Shown here in pieces: positions 28,690 through 39,819 of a DNA stretch of 64,000 nucleotides. The notes beneath the pieces are model-generated. The model was not told the origin of the DNA. It ran no database searches and was given only the letters and a program-made list of their open reading frames with translations. The position numbers were made by a program, and so were the translations under genes. This DNA is from an uncultured Alphaproteobacteria bacterium (lineage in GTDB: Bacteria; Pseudomonadota; Alphaproteobacteria; Rhizobiales; Xanthobacteraceae), in the NCBI GenBank assembly GCA_963786045.1, contig CAWAXR010000029.1, forward strand, positions 622 to 64,621, given 5' to 3'. Position 1 is the first letter of the stretch. Each line of letters opens with the position of its first letter.

Positions 28690-29362
28690 CTACTTCGACC
28701 CTGTTCCCTCCTGCAGCTTCTGCATCACTTCGTCCATGTTGAAGCTGGCCGCCTTTTGTCGCTGCGGAAAATCCTTGAAGGTCATCAGGAACTGACCAAC
28801 ATAGGCCACGCGGTCCGAACTTGGCACGAAACTCGGGGTTCCTGGGATAGTCCGGCAGTTCCGGTTCTTCCTCGGCGTTCAAATGGTAGAGATTGCCGTA
28901 GAACTCGTCGAAGCCGTGGACGGTGGGGAGAAATTCGTTGCGGTCGCCCAGATGGTTCTTGCCGAACTGTCCGGTCGCATAGCCGAGGGGCTTGAGCAGT
29001 TCGGCTATCGTCGGATCTTCCCTCTGAAGTCCGAGCGTGGCGCCGGGTAAGCCGACCTTGGTCATCCCGGTGCGCAGGCCGGACTGTCCGGTGATGAAGG
29101 AAGCGCGGCCGGCGGTGCAGCTCTGCTCGGCATAATAGTCGGTGAACATCACGCCTTCGTTCGCAATCCGGTCGATGTTGGGCGTCTGATAGCCCATCAT
29201 CCCGCGCGAGTAGGCACTGATATTGGATTGGCCGATATCGTCGCCCCAAATAATCACGATATTCGGCTTTCGCGGCTGCTGTGCGCTCGCGGGAAGGCCC
29301 GTCGCGGTCGCGGCAACCAGCGCCGCCAGCGAACCGAGCAGGAAGCTCCTTGTCATCGTCAT
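28690..29362 (-). pseudogene. Arylsulfatase with a large internal deletion
   Basis: [19 protein letters not shown] and FGKNHLG; after KFGPRG the sequence jumps out of frame to a typical C-terminus [27 protein letters not shown]..-stop (28690). Confidence 0.85.
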
Positions 29363-29641
29363 GATCCGTGCTCCCTTGGGTTAGGAAAGCTTCTGTCGGA
29401 GTATTTTCCCTCACAATGAAGAACGTGCGTCCATGGATGCAGATACCTGCAAGCGAGCCGGGTAGCCGTGACCGGGCAGCACCAACCCGCAGCGCACTAT
29501 AAGTCAGTCTGCCAGCGGATTACTCGCCATGCGCTAATTGGCCGCGCCGTTTCAGCTTAAAAGAATACTTTCATTTCGGCGAAACTCGCGTCCTTGCTCC
29601 ATTGAACGCGATCAATAACTCTGAAAATGTCGCAAAGCGGG

Positions 29642-32386
29642 TCAGGCGGCTGCCGGCCGCTGATTGGCGAATAGTGCGACCACCTCCGCTGCGGGTTTGG
29701 CTGGACTGAAAAGGTAGCCCTGCATTTCCGTGCAGCCGAGCGTGCGCAGCAATTCCCGCTGCAGATCCGTTTCAACGCCCTCGGCCGTCGTCGTCATATT
29801 GCGCGCGGCGGCAATATTGACCACGGCCTGAATGATGGCACACGACCCGTCGGATTCGACGATGTCATTGACAAAGGATCGGTCGATCTTGATTTTGTCG
29901 AACGGGAAGCGCTGCAGATAGCTCAGCGACGAATAGCCGGTGCCGAAGTCATCGAGCGCGACCCGCACGCCGAGGGCCCGCAACTGATGCAGGATCGTCA
30001 GCGCCACCTCGGCGTCGCGGATCAGCACCGCTTCGGTAATTTCAAGTTCGAGCCGGCTTGCCGGAAGGCCGGATTCCGCAAGCGTCGAGGCAACCTTCAG
30101 GGCGAAAGCATGATTTTTGAATTGAACCGGCGACACGTTGACCGCCAGTTTGATGTTCCCGGGCCAGGCTGCCGCCTCGGCACAGGCTTTGGTCAGCACC
30201 CATTCCCCGAGCTGGCTGATCAGGCCGCTTTCTTCCGCGACCGGAATGAATTCGGCGGGCGAGATCATGCCGCGCACCGGATGCCGCCAGCGTAGCAGCG
30301 CTTCGCATCCCGAAACCTCGTTGTCCCGGAAACTGACGATCGGCTGGTAATGGATCTCGAATCCGCCCTCGGCGTACCTGCCGTCCGCGGTCAACTGCCG
30401 CAGATCCTGTTCGAGCATGCGGCGCATTTTGATGCGGGTATCCATGTCGCGCTCGAAGAACCGATAGGTCCGGCGCCCGTCGGCCTTGGCGCCGTACATG
30501 GCAAGGTCGGCGTTTTTCAAAAGTTCGTCGAGATCGGTTCCATCCTGGGGCGCCAGTGCAACACCGATACTGGCGTCGGTCGAAAGCTGATGACCGAGAC
30601 ACTCGTAGGGCTCGCGCATGACGGAATAGATCCGGAAGATGAGATCGGTGACGTCTTCCGGTTGCTGCACCGAGCTCTGCACGATCGCGAATTCGTCGCC
30701 GCCCAGGCGCGAAACGAAATCGGCCTCCCCGAGGCAGTGGCGCAACCGCTCCGCCACGCTCTTCAACAATTCATCTCCGACCGGATGGCCCAGCGAGTTG
30801 TTGATGCTCTTGAATTCATCGATGTCGATATACAGCACCGCGAGCTGACCACCCCCCGCAATACGCTCGAGTTCGAGTTCAAGTCGCTCGCGGAACAGCA
30901 CGCGATTGGGCAGATCGGTCAACGTGTCGTAGTGAGCAAGATGAGCGATCTTCTCGTCGGCCTTTCGGCGCTCCGTGATGTCTTCGTGGGTTGCCACCCA
31001 GCCGCCATCGATCGCCTTGTGATGTGTGACCTGGACCGAACGCCCGCCCCCGACGCGAGAGACACGGACTTTCTCCAGCGCAACGTCTTCCAGAACACAT
31101 GAATGATACTCGTCGACGTCGGCCCGCAGCGATCCGGTGTCCCTGTGATGCTGCAGAAGTTCGCGAAGACTGCAGCCTCGCTTCACGATATCCGGCGACA
31201 GGCCGTACATGGCGATGTAACGTTGATTGCAAACGACAAGCCGGTGCTCCGAATCGAAGAGCACCAGCCCCTGCGACATCGCATTGATCGCGGTGTCGAG
31301 ACTGTCTTTTTCCCGGGAAATACGTCGCTCGGAAGCGCGGCGCTGCGACAGCAACCGCTGGACAATCAGGAAGAGGATGGAACCTATCAGGAAGACCGAC
31401 AGGGTAGCGACGCCGATCATCAGCCGGGTTTGTTCACGCCAATCCGCCAGCGCCGCGGAAACCGTCATGGTGGCCAGCATCACAACCGGGAAGCCTTTAA
31501 GCGGGAGCGACGCCCCCAGCCGCTCAATTCCATCGGTCAGTGCCGTGAACTGGGCGGTAGCACGCCCGCCATTGGAGAGGGCACGCCCCATCATCGGGCT
31601 GGAACGGAAATTCTGTCCGATCCTGGATTCCAGATGGGGGTACCGCGCGATCAAGGTCCCCTCCCCAAGCAGGATCGAGATAGCTGCATCCTTTCCAAGT
31701 GTCAGGGATTCGAAAAATCTCTCGAAATCGATCGGCTCCACGGTCCTGCTGAGAACCCCCAGGAATTCGCCGCTTCGTCCCACCAGCCTGCGCGACAGGA
31801 TCGTTATCCAGCGCCCTGACACGCGACTGCGCACGAGATCGACATATCTTTGATCCGGCGAAGCGTTCGATTTCAACGTCTGGAAATAAGCGCGGTCGCC
31901 GAAATTGACTTTCGGAACGGACGAGCTGTGGGACCAATTGATGAGATTTCCCTCGGAATCCAGCAAGGTCAGGGTCCCCAGATAGGAGAAAGCCCCGGTC
32001 CTGCTCTTGAGCAGCTGGTGGACGTCGTCGCCGGACATTTCCCGTTTGAAGTCCTCGGGAGAGGTGATCCTCTGAAGATTGAGCCCGTTAATGATGTCCT
32101 GTTGAACGATGTCGAAATCGCCGAATTGCTGGTCGAAATGACGGGCAAGCAGCAGAACCGTATTTTCCAGCTCGCGCGTACTGCTTTGCAGCGCCCGCTC
32201 GCGAAATCCATAGATCATCATACTGGTGCCGACGGCAATCGCGGAGATCAGAAGCACCCCGCACAGGATCAGCGTACGGATCGGATTGCGTTGAGGCCGG
32301 GAGTCCGTCCGGGTCAGATCGACATTGGCGCCAGTCGCGACGGCGCCATGTCTCGACGTTGTCCACCCTATGGCCTTGGCTCCCAT
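29642..32386 (-). CDS. Cache-type sensor, PAS, GGDEF-EAL diguanylate cyclase/phosphodiesterase
   Basis: Two TMs flanking a periplasmic domain; PAS (NQRYIAMYG); RLGGDEF; CEALLRW; DDFGTGYSSL; intact frame; start uncertain. Confidence 0.9.
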   Translation of the reverse strand: MGAKAIGWTTSRHGAVATGANVDLTRTDSRPQRNPIRTLILCGVLLISAIAVGTSMMIYGFRERALQSSTRELENTVLLLARHFDQQFGDFDIVQQDIINGLNLQRITSPEDFKREMSGDDVHQLLKSRTGAFSYLGTLTLLDSEGNLINWSHSSSVPKVNFGDRAYFQTLKSNASPDQRYVDLVRSRVSGRWITILSRRLVGRSGEFLGVLSRTVEPIDFERFFESLTLGKDAAISILLGEGTLIARYPHLESRIGQNFRSSPMMGRALSNGGRATAQFTALTDGIERLGASLPLKGFPVVMLATMTVSAALADWREQTRLMIGVATLSVFLIGSILFLIVQRLLSQRRASERRISREKDSLDTAINAMSQGLVLFDSEHRLVVCNQRYIAMYGLSPDIVKRGCSLRELLQHHRDTGSLRADVDEYHSCVLEDVALEKVRVSRVGGGRSVQVTHHKAIDGGWVATHEDITERRKADEKIAHLAHYDTLTDLPNRVLFRERLELELERIAGGGQLAVLYIDIDEFKSINNSLGHPVGDELLKSVAERLRHCLGEADFVSRLGGDEFAIVQSSVQQPEDVTDLIFRIYSVMREPYECLGHQLSTDASIGVALAPQDGTDLDELLKNADLAMYGAKADGRRTYRFFERDMDTRIKMRRMLEQDLRQLTADGRYAEGGFEIHYQPIVSFRDNEVSGCEALLRWRHPVRGMISPAEFIPVAEESGLISQLGEWVLTKACAEAAAWPGNIKLAVNVSPVQFKNHAFALKVASTLAESGLPASRLELEITEAVLIRDAEVALTILHQLRALGVRVALDDFGTGYSSLSYLQRFPFDKIKIDRSFVNDIVESDGSCAIIQAVVNIAAARNMTTTAEGVETDLQRELLRTLGCTEMQGYLFSPAKPAAEVVALFANQRPAAA

Positions 32387-32515
32387 GGGATAACGGTTAC
32401 GTGACAACCGTGGAGAGCCCGTTACCAATCTCAGTTACCCAAGGCTTAACCCTGAAGAGGAGCGGCACTTCCCAATGCGCGCGACACATCGCGCCATCTC
32501 TCGATGTAGTTGCTT

Positions 32516-33748
32516 TCAAATCACGAAAAATCCATGGGTTGCGTCGCGCCGGAGCTGTTCGACCAGACCATATTCCCAATCGAGATAGGCCTGCATCGCA
32601 CTCGTTGCGACATCGGTGCCCTCGTAGGGACGCCGGTATCGGCGTGACGGATCGGGCCTGGGAAAATCCGCCGGCGGCCCGACTTCAAGCACGCGATCAT
32701 AGCCGCCGTCGAGAACATAGGTTTCCCACCCCATCTGCGCGAGCCAGGACGCCGTCATGTCGGCGCGAACCGCCATGTTGTCGGTCAGGAGGATGCGCGC
32801 CCCGCGCACCGGCGCCGCCATGTCGATCTCCTGAACGAGCTGCCCTCCCGGATAGTGACGAAAACCTCCGATGTGACCCGCCGTATATTCTTCGATCGAG
32901 CGAACGTCGAAGCGATAGAGCGTGCGGCGGTTCTGCCCCTCGAGCGCCGCCGCTTCTTCCGGGCTGACATGCCGAACGCCGGCGCGATAGGCGACTTCGC
33001 GGGCATTGGCTTTCGCTCCCTCGAAGGGACCGATCCCGCGGCGCCGATCCGCGCCATGCTCGAGATCCTGTCCTGCGAGCGTCCAGCCGATCGTCCCGTT
33101 TCGCAGCGCCATCACCTTGTTCGTGACACCCGCGTTGATGAGCGACTGGGCGCCGATGATCGATCGGGTGCGTCCGGCACAATTCACGATGATGGTCGTT
33201 TCGGGATCCGGCGCGATGCCGCCCGCGCGCAACACCAATTCCGCGCCCGGCACGCTGATAGAGCCGGGGATGTTCATGGTCGCATACTCGTCGAACCGCC
33301 GAACATCGAGAATCCGGATATTGGCCTTGCTCGCGATCAGCGCGGCCACTTCTTCCGCGGGCAGCGAAGGCGTATGCCGGCGCGACTCGACCAGTTCGCC
33401 AAAGGCCTTGGCGTAGGAATTCACATCCTGGAACAGTTCGTAGCCCGCGCTCTTCCAGGCATGCAGCCCGCCCTCGAGCTGGCGAATCTTGGTGTACCCC
33501 ATTGCCGCAAGGAGATCCGCCGCCGCGGAAATGAGGCCTTCGCCGTCATCATAGACAACGATCGGAACATCCTTGCGAGGCAGTCTCGTCCCGGCTTCGA
33601 GCGCGATCCTGTCGGCCGCCATATTGGCGGCAAACAGCGGATGGCCAGTGGCATAGGCGGCCTCGTGCCGCAGATCCAGCAAGGCGATTTCATCGCGCAG
33701 CAAGAGCGCGCGGCGGACTTCTGACGGGGTGACGGAGGGTAATGTCAT
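32516..33748 (-). CDS. Multi-domain rhodanese-related sulfurtransferase
   Basis: Three rhodanese-like units (LLDLRH, ILDVRRFDEY, RFDVRSIEEY); CAGRTRS loop; C-terminal YRRPYEG...AMQAYLDWEYGL. Confidence 0.85.
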   Translation of the reverse strand: MTLPSVTPSEVRRALLLRDEIALLDLRHEAAYATGHPLFAANMAADRIALEAGTRLPRKDVPIVVYDDGEGLISAAADLLAAMGYTKIRQLEGGLHAWKSAGYELFQDVNSYAKAFGELVESRRHTPSLPAEEVAALIASKANIRILDVRRFDEYATMNIPGSISVPGAELVLRAGGIAPDPETTIIVNCAGRTRSIIGAQSLINAGVTNKVMALRNGTIGWTLAGQDLEHGADRRRGIGPFEGAKANAREVAYRAGVRHVSPEEAAALEGQNRRTLYRFDVRSIEEYTAGHIGGFRHYPGGQLVQEIDMAAPVRGARILLTDNMAVRADMTASWLAQMGWETYVLDGGYDRVLEVGPPADFPRPDPSRRYRRPYEGTDVATSAMQAYLDWEYGLVEQLRRDATHGFFVI

Positions 33749-33889
33749 GGGCGGAGGGCTGGGCGGAGGGCTGGAATGAGAATGGGGGTTCACCTTGCAC
33801 CGTTGCGCGGGCCGATTCAACTCACGGCGATCACCAGGCGCAGGCAGCGCTTCATCCTGCGACGCCCGCTTTCGCGGTCGATGACAACT

Positions 33890-34400
33890 GCAGATACAGT
33901 TTCGCGATCTCGCGGCCCGACATGCCCGAGGTTTGCCAGAAAATTCCTTACCCTCCAGTGAGAGGGCGCAGGGAATACCGGGCGCTTGGTGCGCCCGCAG
34001 CCGCGCGTGGTGTGGTAGTAAGCACGCGCGTTAGTCACCACGGTCACACCGGAAACACCCGGCATTCCCCGCGCGATGGTTTTAACGGTTTCCTTCGTGA
34101 TCTCCCTGGTGACCGGGCTTTCTTGCCACCATCGCCTCGCGGATCATCCCGCGAAACTTGACGCCAGCGTCGGGGCGTCAGGACCACACGACTTCGCCGT
34201 CCGCTTCACGCGCCTTTCGTCTTGAAGCGCCAAAGCGTCCACCGCATCCCGCACCCAACGTTCGTGACGACCGCGAAGCGCCCCTCTTATCGAGGCGGGA
34301 CGGCATCGGATGTAAAGGTGATTTGGGTCGAGCGAGAACAGGAATATTTTTGCAGGAGGGGCTGGACAGGCAAATCGTCTGACAGCCCGCCGGGCAAATC
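33890..34400. repeat. Bradyrhizobium-type ~500 bp structured intergenic repeat element
   Basis: Recognised from memory: blocks GAGGGCGCAGGGAAT.CCGGGCG, CACCCGGCATTCCCCGCGC, GGGGCGTCAGGACCACACGACTTCGCCGTCCGC, GGAATATTTTTGC. One copy in the window; boundaries approximate. Confidence 0.65.
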
Positions 34401-34481
34401 ACCTCGGCCCGCGGCAGGGTGCGCGAACAGCCACATCACCGAATGGCGCGCGATTAGGCTTGGCTCCTCTACCAAGGACGC

Positions 34482-37400
34482 TTATCGACTTGACGGCGAA
34501 ACGGTTGCGACGGCGCTGGCGCGAGGCCGCATAATCCCGCCATTCTGCAGGATGGCCGTGATCTCGCTCGCGGGCAGCGGCTTCGAAAAATAATAGCCCT
34601 GAACCGTTTGACATCCCCAGGCCTTGAGCAGCTCCAACTGTGCGGCCGTCTCCACGCCCTCAACAACGACATCAAGTTTGAGTTCGTGCGCGAGGCCGAT
34701 GGCCGCCTTCACGATCACCTTGTTGTCGGAGGATTCCATCATCCCGAAGATAAAATTTTGCGCTATCTTGATGCGATCGACCGGGAAGCGGCGGAGATAG
34801 TCGAGCGACGAATAGCCGGTGCCAAAGTCATCAATGGCAATACGAAATCCCGCCCTGCGCAGTCGCAGGAGCACGTCATTGTGCCCACCCGATGCTTCCA
34901 TGAGGACGCCTTCCGTGAGCTCCAGCTCCACCAGTCTCGACGGCAAGGCTGTTTCTGCCAGGGCGTCCGCGAGGTTCTTTTCCAATTCGAGTGGTGTCTT
35001 GAACTGCAACGCCGACAGGTTGATGGCGATCAGTGACGGGCGGGCGCCGGCATCCATCCATTTCCTGGTCTGCCGGAAAGCCTCACGCATGACCCAATTT
35101 CCGAGAGCGACAATCATTCCAGTCCGCTCGGCGATCGGTATAAATTCCGCCGGCGGAACAAGACCCCGCTCGGGGTGGCGCCAGCGAACCAAAGCTTCAA
35201 GCCCGACAAGGCGGCCGGTATCAACATCGACCTGCGGCTGATACATCAGAAAAAGCTGCTCGGACACGATCGCCTTGCGAAGCTCCGCGCCGAGCACGAC
35301 CCGTGTCCGCACTTCCTCATCCATCGCTTCGGTAAAGAATCGATACGTCCCCCGCCCTTCCGACTTGGCCCGGTACAACGCAACGTCGGCATGCGACAGA
35401 AGCGCTTCAGCGTCCGGCGATTCGGCGCCGTGTACCGCGATCCCGATACTTGCGCTGGTGCGAATTTCGTCGCGACCAATCAGGAACGGAGCACTGACGG
35501 CCTTCAGCACCTTGTCCGCCAGGACGGCAGCGTCCGCAGGTTCATTGATATTGGTATCGATCAGCGCAAACTCGTCGCCGCCGAACCGCGCCACCATATC
35601 CGTCGTACGCGTGATTGCCTGCAGTCTTTCGGACACGGATTGCAGCAGCAGGTCCCCAACCGGATGGCCACGCGTGTCGTTGATATCCTTGAAGTGATCG
35701 AGATCGAGATAAAGCACCGCGAAATTCTTTCCGTCGCGCCCCACCCTGGAAATGTCACGCTCTAATGCCCCGACAAATGCCCGGCGGTTAGCAAGTCCCG
35801 TCAAATGATCGAAGCGTGCCATTTGCGCGATCTTTTCCTCAGCCTGCTTGCGTTCAGAAATATCCTGCATCGTGCCGACTGTCCGCACATGACGCCCTTC
35901 CGCGTCGTAGACGTTCCGGCCGATATCATGAATCCATTTGACGCCGCCGTCGTCCATGACCAGCCTGTACTCGCACTTAAAGTCGCCATGATTGGCGATA
36001 CTGCTGGCAAATGCGCGCTCGAACGTCGCGCGGTCATCCGGATGGATACGCGACAAATACGCCTCGTAGGACCCGTCAAACGTCTTCGGGTCCACGCCAA
36101 GAATGCGATAGCTTTCCCTGGAGTGGGTCGTCAGTATTGGAACGGGAGTCGTAGGTCCAACTGCCGATCCTGGCAACTTCCTGGGCTTCGGCCAGCTCCG
36201 CCTCACTGACTCGCGCTTCTCTTCTTCGATTCGACGTTGCTGATTTACAATTCCGATCCCGATCTTGTCCGCCAGTTGCAGCGCGAACGCAATTTCGTCT
36301 TGCACCCAGCGATGCGGCTTGTCCACGTGTTCGAAACAGAGAAGCCCCAGATTTCGAGCCGCCTACCCGTATAACCGCGTTCAGCACGGACGTGATCCGC
36401 TGCGGCTTCAGGTAGCTCTCGACATATCCGGCGATTCTTGGATCGGCCAGGGCATCGTCGGCGGCGACGTGGGTCGCTTCCTTCAGCGCCTGAAATTCAT
36501 CGAACGATACTCGCTCTCCTGCCGCACCATGCCGGCGGAATGCTCCCCGCTCGAGCGCCTCATAGAGGTCGATGCAAACGAGCATGGTCTCGTCCGCGTC
36601 GAACTGCCACACATTCGCCCTTTCGCAGCCCGTCACCTCGCGCGCTTCCTCGGTGACATGTCGCGCCAGCGTTTCGACATCGCCTGACAAGACAATTCCA
36701 TTTTGCTGAGAGCGCCGATGACGCGTGCATCTGCTCTCGGGCGCGCGCGAGCGTGGCCTGCGCAATCTCGACGGCGCGCCGGCGCTCGGTCACATCGCGG
36801 ACAGAACCAGACGCGGCCCAGGTACCGACCGTCAGCAGCACGCAATGGTAGAGGTGATTTGTTCAAGATATCTTCCATCGGCGGTTTCCACGTCCTCTCG
36901 CGCGGACGGTCGGGATGTCCGATACAGGTGGTAGATGCGCGCCTTGAAATCCTCGGGATTCTTCATCCAGCGGAGGCTGCCACTGCCAACGCGGCGTCAT
37001 CGGTCCCCGCCCGAAGCAAGATCCGGGGGCAACCGCCACAGATCCAGAAAACGCTGGTTGAACATGCTGACCCGCTGATCTGGCATCGACCGCAAGTATG
37101 GCGTCAGGCGATGAGTCTCTTTCAGCGTCGTCAGCAGCGATATTAGCGAACTGTAACTTCTCGGCGGCGAGCCTTGCGTTCGGTGACGTCGACCAGAACA
37201 CCTGCAGACTTCCACCAGTCTGCCAGGCGGCATCCTGCTTGGGCGTGTATCGACTTTCCACCCAATGGCAATTGCCGCTTCGCATCGACAATACGAAATT
37301 CGAGCGCCCCTCCCTTTCCGTTTTCGGCGGTTACGAACGACCTTCGCGCGGCTTCGCGATCGTCGGGATGGATTCGTGCGAGGTACAGCCCGGGATCGGC

Positions 37401-39120
37401 GAGCAAATCGGCCGACGTAGCTCCAAACGTCGCAACATTGTCAGATACATAGATCAGGCGCGGCGGTAACGTGTCTGTCGAGAACCGGTAGACGATCGCC
37501 GGGCTGCCGCGCACAGCGGCGTCGGCGTTGGACAGTTTCTCGAGATGGCTTTCACGTGTGATGGCCGCACCGATCAGATCCGCCAGGACAGTCACGGCTT
37601 CCTTCTCGATGGACGACCATGACCTCTCGGCCCGGCAATCGTCGATCGAAAGCTGGCCGAACAACTCTCCCTCGATCAGGACCGGGGCCTGCAAGATGCG
37701 ATTGAATCCCGAACGCGTCGAACATTTCCCCGGCAGCGCCGGAAACGTCGCGTCGCGAGACCGCCACCACGTTCCCCTCTCGCAATGGCTTCAACCAATC
37801 GGTCACTCCGGGAGGCGGGCTGGTCGGCAATGACGAAAAGAACTCCGGGCGCACTTCAACAGGCGCGCCGGGGCCTTGCCAGGCATTTCGCAACTTCAAA
37901 GGCGGACCAGTCGATTGATTTTGAAGAACAAGGACACGATCGGCGTGAAGCGCCTCGCCCAATCTTTGGAGGATCCTGGGGATCGCCGCGGCGATTGTGC
38001 CCGCGGTAACCAGTTCCGCCGCCGATTTGGTAATCGCGTTCAGCAAGACGTCGCGATACTGCAGCAACTGGTCGCGATCGTGGACCGCTGCAGCCATGTC
38101 GTCGAAGGCCAATGCCAGACGATCGAACTCGGGAATGCCGCTTGTTGCGCCAGCACGAGCCGACCAGTCGCCATCGCGCCAGCGCCCCGCAACGATCAAC
38201 AGGTTCTGGAACGGTCGTGCCAGGATCCGACGAACATAGAGCACGGCGAAGACGGCAGACACCAGAAGGCCTACCAGCACCACCCCTGAACTGATCCAGA
38301 TCGAGCGATTGATATCCGCGAAAGCCCGTGCGCGATCTCGCCCGACAAACACGGCGAGGCCGTTCGACGATCCGGCTTCAACCGGAACATAACCATACAG
38401 ACGGACGACGCCGTCATCGTCAGCCACTTCAGCGACGCCTGTTTTCGGTGCGGCCAGGAACGGTTTCAGATTGCTCGCCAGGGGCCGCCCGGCGAGGCCG
38501 GGATTGGGATGGCGGGCGATCAGGACGCCATTTCGGTCCGTGATGTCGATCGTCGTTTCTTCACCGAGTTTCCACTGGCTGATGGCCGTGTTCAACCAGA
38601 TCAGGTTGATACCGGCATAGACCGCGCCGGTCACCGTGCCGGCAGCATCGACCACCGGAAAGCCTACACGGATCACTTCGTTGCTCGACAAAAGGCCGAC
38701 GCCATAGACCCCCACGGAGAAGCCTGCCGTTGCCACGATCCGATTGACCAGATCGGAATCGGACACCGCTGTGCCGACGAGAGCCGGTCCACTGCTGCTG
38801 CACAGAATAATTCCGCTGCGATCGACCGCGACCAGATGGTCATATTCGAAATCACTGCTCGCGGTCGCCTCAAGGATCGCGCATGCCCGCTCGTCCCAGC
38901 CGTGCGTCGACGGGAGTTTGGCCAACGTCGCCAGGAGTTGGTGTGTCCCTCCGAGAATGCGCACCATGTCGAGCTCCGCGATGCGGGCAAGTTGCATGGA
39001 TTCGAAGCGTAACTCTTCAGATCGCTTTTCGAGCAGTTCCAGTCCATTGAACAACGCGCCGCCGGCGACCAGCGACAGCGTGACCGCGATCAACACAAAG
39101 ATGCGCGTGACGATACTCAC
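34482..39120 (-). CDS. Large Cache-HAMP-GAF-PAS-GAF-PAS-GGDEF-EAL protein, broken by several frameshifts
   Basis: Fragments in order: 37552-39120 (TM-Cache-TM-HAMP-GAF), 37143-37694 (GAF end, PAS), 36997-37233 (PAS-like), 36076-36765 (GAF), 34482-36326 (PAS, RFGGDEF, LEALVRW, DDFGTGYSS). Confidence 0.8.
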
Positions 39121-39151
39121 GCGAAGACCGCTTGCCGGTTCATACCGTGGC

Positions 39152-39616
39152 CTATCCCTTATAGTAACCGACCCCGCACACCACGTCGTTGGTACGGATC
39201 ACGTAAGCCGACTTGTTTTCGATCCTTTTCGTCACCGGGTTCGGCCATTTGAAGTCCACCCAGCCGCGTCCCTCCTCGAACCCTTTCCTGACGATCAGAG
39301 CGTTTGGCTCGATGCCGTCCGGATCCTTGATGTGCAGCAGATTGCGACCGACGAAGGCGGGATTGCCCCCATGCGCCATGTTCAGTCCCTTGCTGTCGTA
39401 GCAAAAGACGTAGAGCTCCCCGTCATGAAACTTGTCGTCACGCCGCGTGAAATCGGCAAAAGCCTGATCTTCACCGACCGCCAGGATGTGGGCTGCGGCG
39501 CGCTCCGAATAGGCCCTGGCTTGCTCGGCGGTCGCGGCTGCGGCCGGACAAACAGTCAGGACAGGGATAATCGGCGCCACCGCGATAAAGATACTTGCCA
39601 GCTTCGTTCGGTCCAT
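39152..39616 (-). CDS. Free-standing single Cache domain periplasmic protein
   Basis: Signal peptide, LYVFCYDSKG..AHG.NPAFVGRNL..KDPDG, GWVDFKWPNP, KSAYV; no TM or output domain. Confidence 0.85.
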   Translation of the reverse strand: MDRTKLASIFIAVAPIIPVLTVCPAAAATAEQARAYSERAAAHILAVGEDQAFADFTRRDDKFHDGELYVFCYDSKGLNMAHGGNPAFVGRNLLHIKDPDGIEPNALIVRKGFEEGRGWVDFKWPNPVTKRIENKSAYVIRTNDVVCGVGYYKG

Positions 39617-39819
39617 GACGCAGGTCCCTTTTTCGGAAACAGTGCGAACAGCAACCAATCCCCGCATCTTTCAGCGATGCCGGCTCAGATCAGTTTCAAC
39701 TCTCCCGGCGCGACGAGGTTGATTTAAGTCAAGTACCCGTCCGGACGTTGTGCCGCGGAGGGCGACTGCACCACCGCCGCCTCGAAGCCGGCATGATCTC
39801 TCCGGAAAACCGTTGACGT

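Noticed and set aside
32393-32411. Short inverted repeat ACGGTT-N7-AACCGT upstream of the GGDEF-EAL gene
   Set aside because: The 6-bp arms are too short to distinguish from chance.
33742-34614. Several short ORFs in both strands
   Set aside because: They overlap the intergenic repeat element and show no coding hallmarks.
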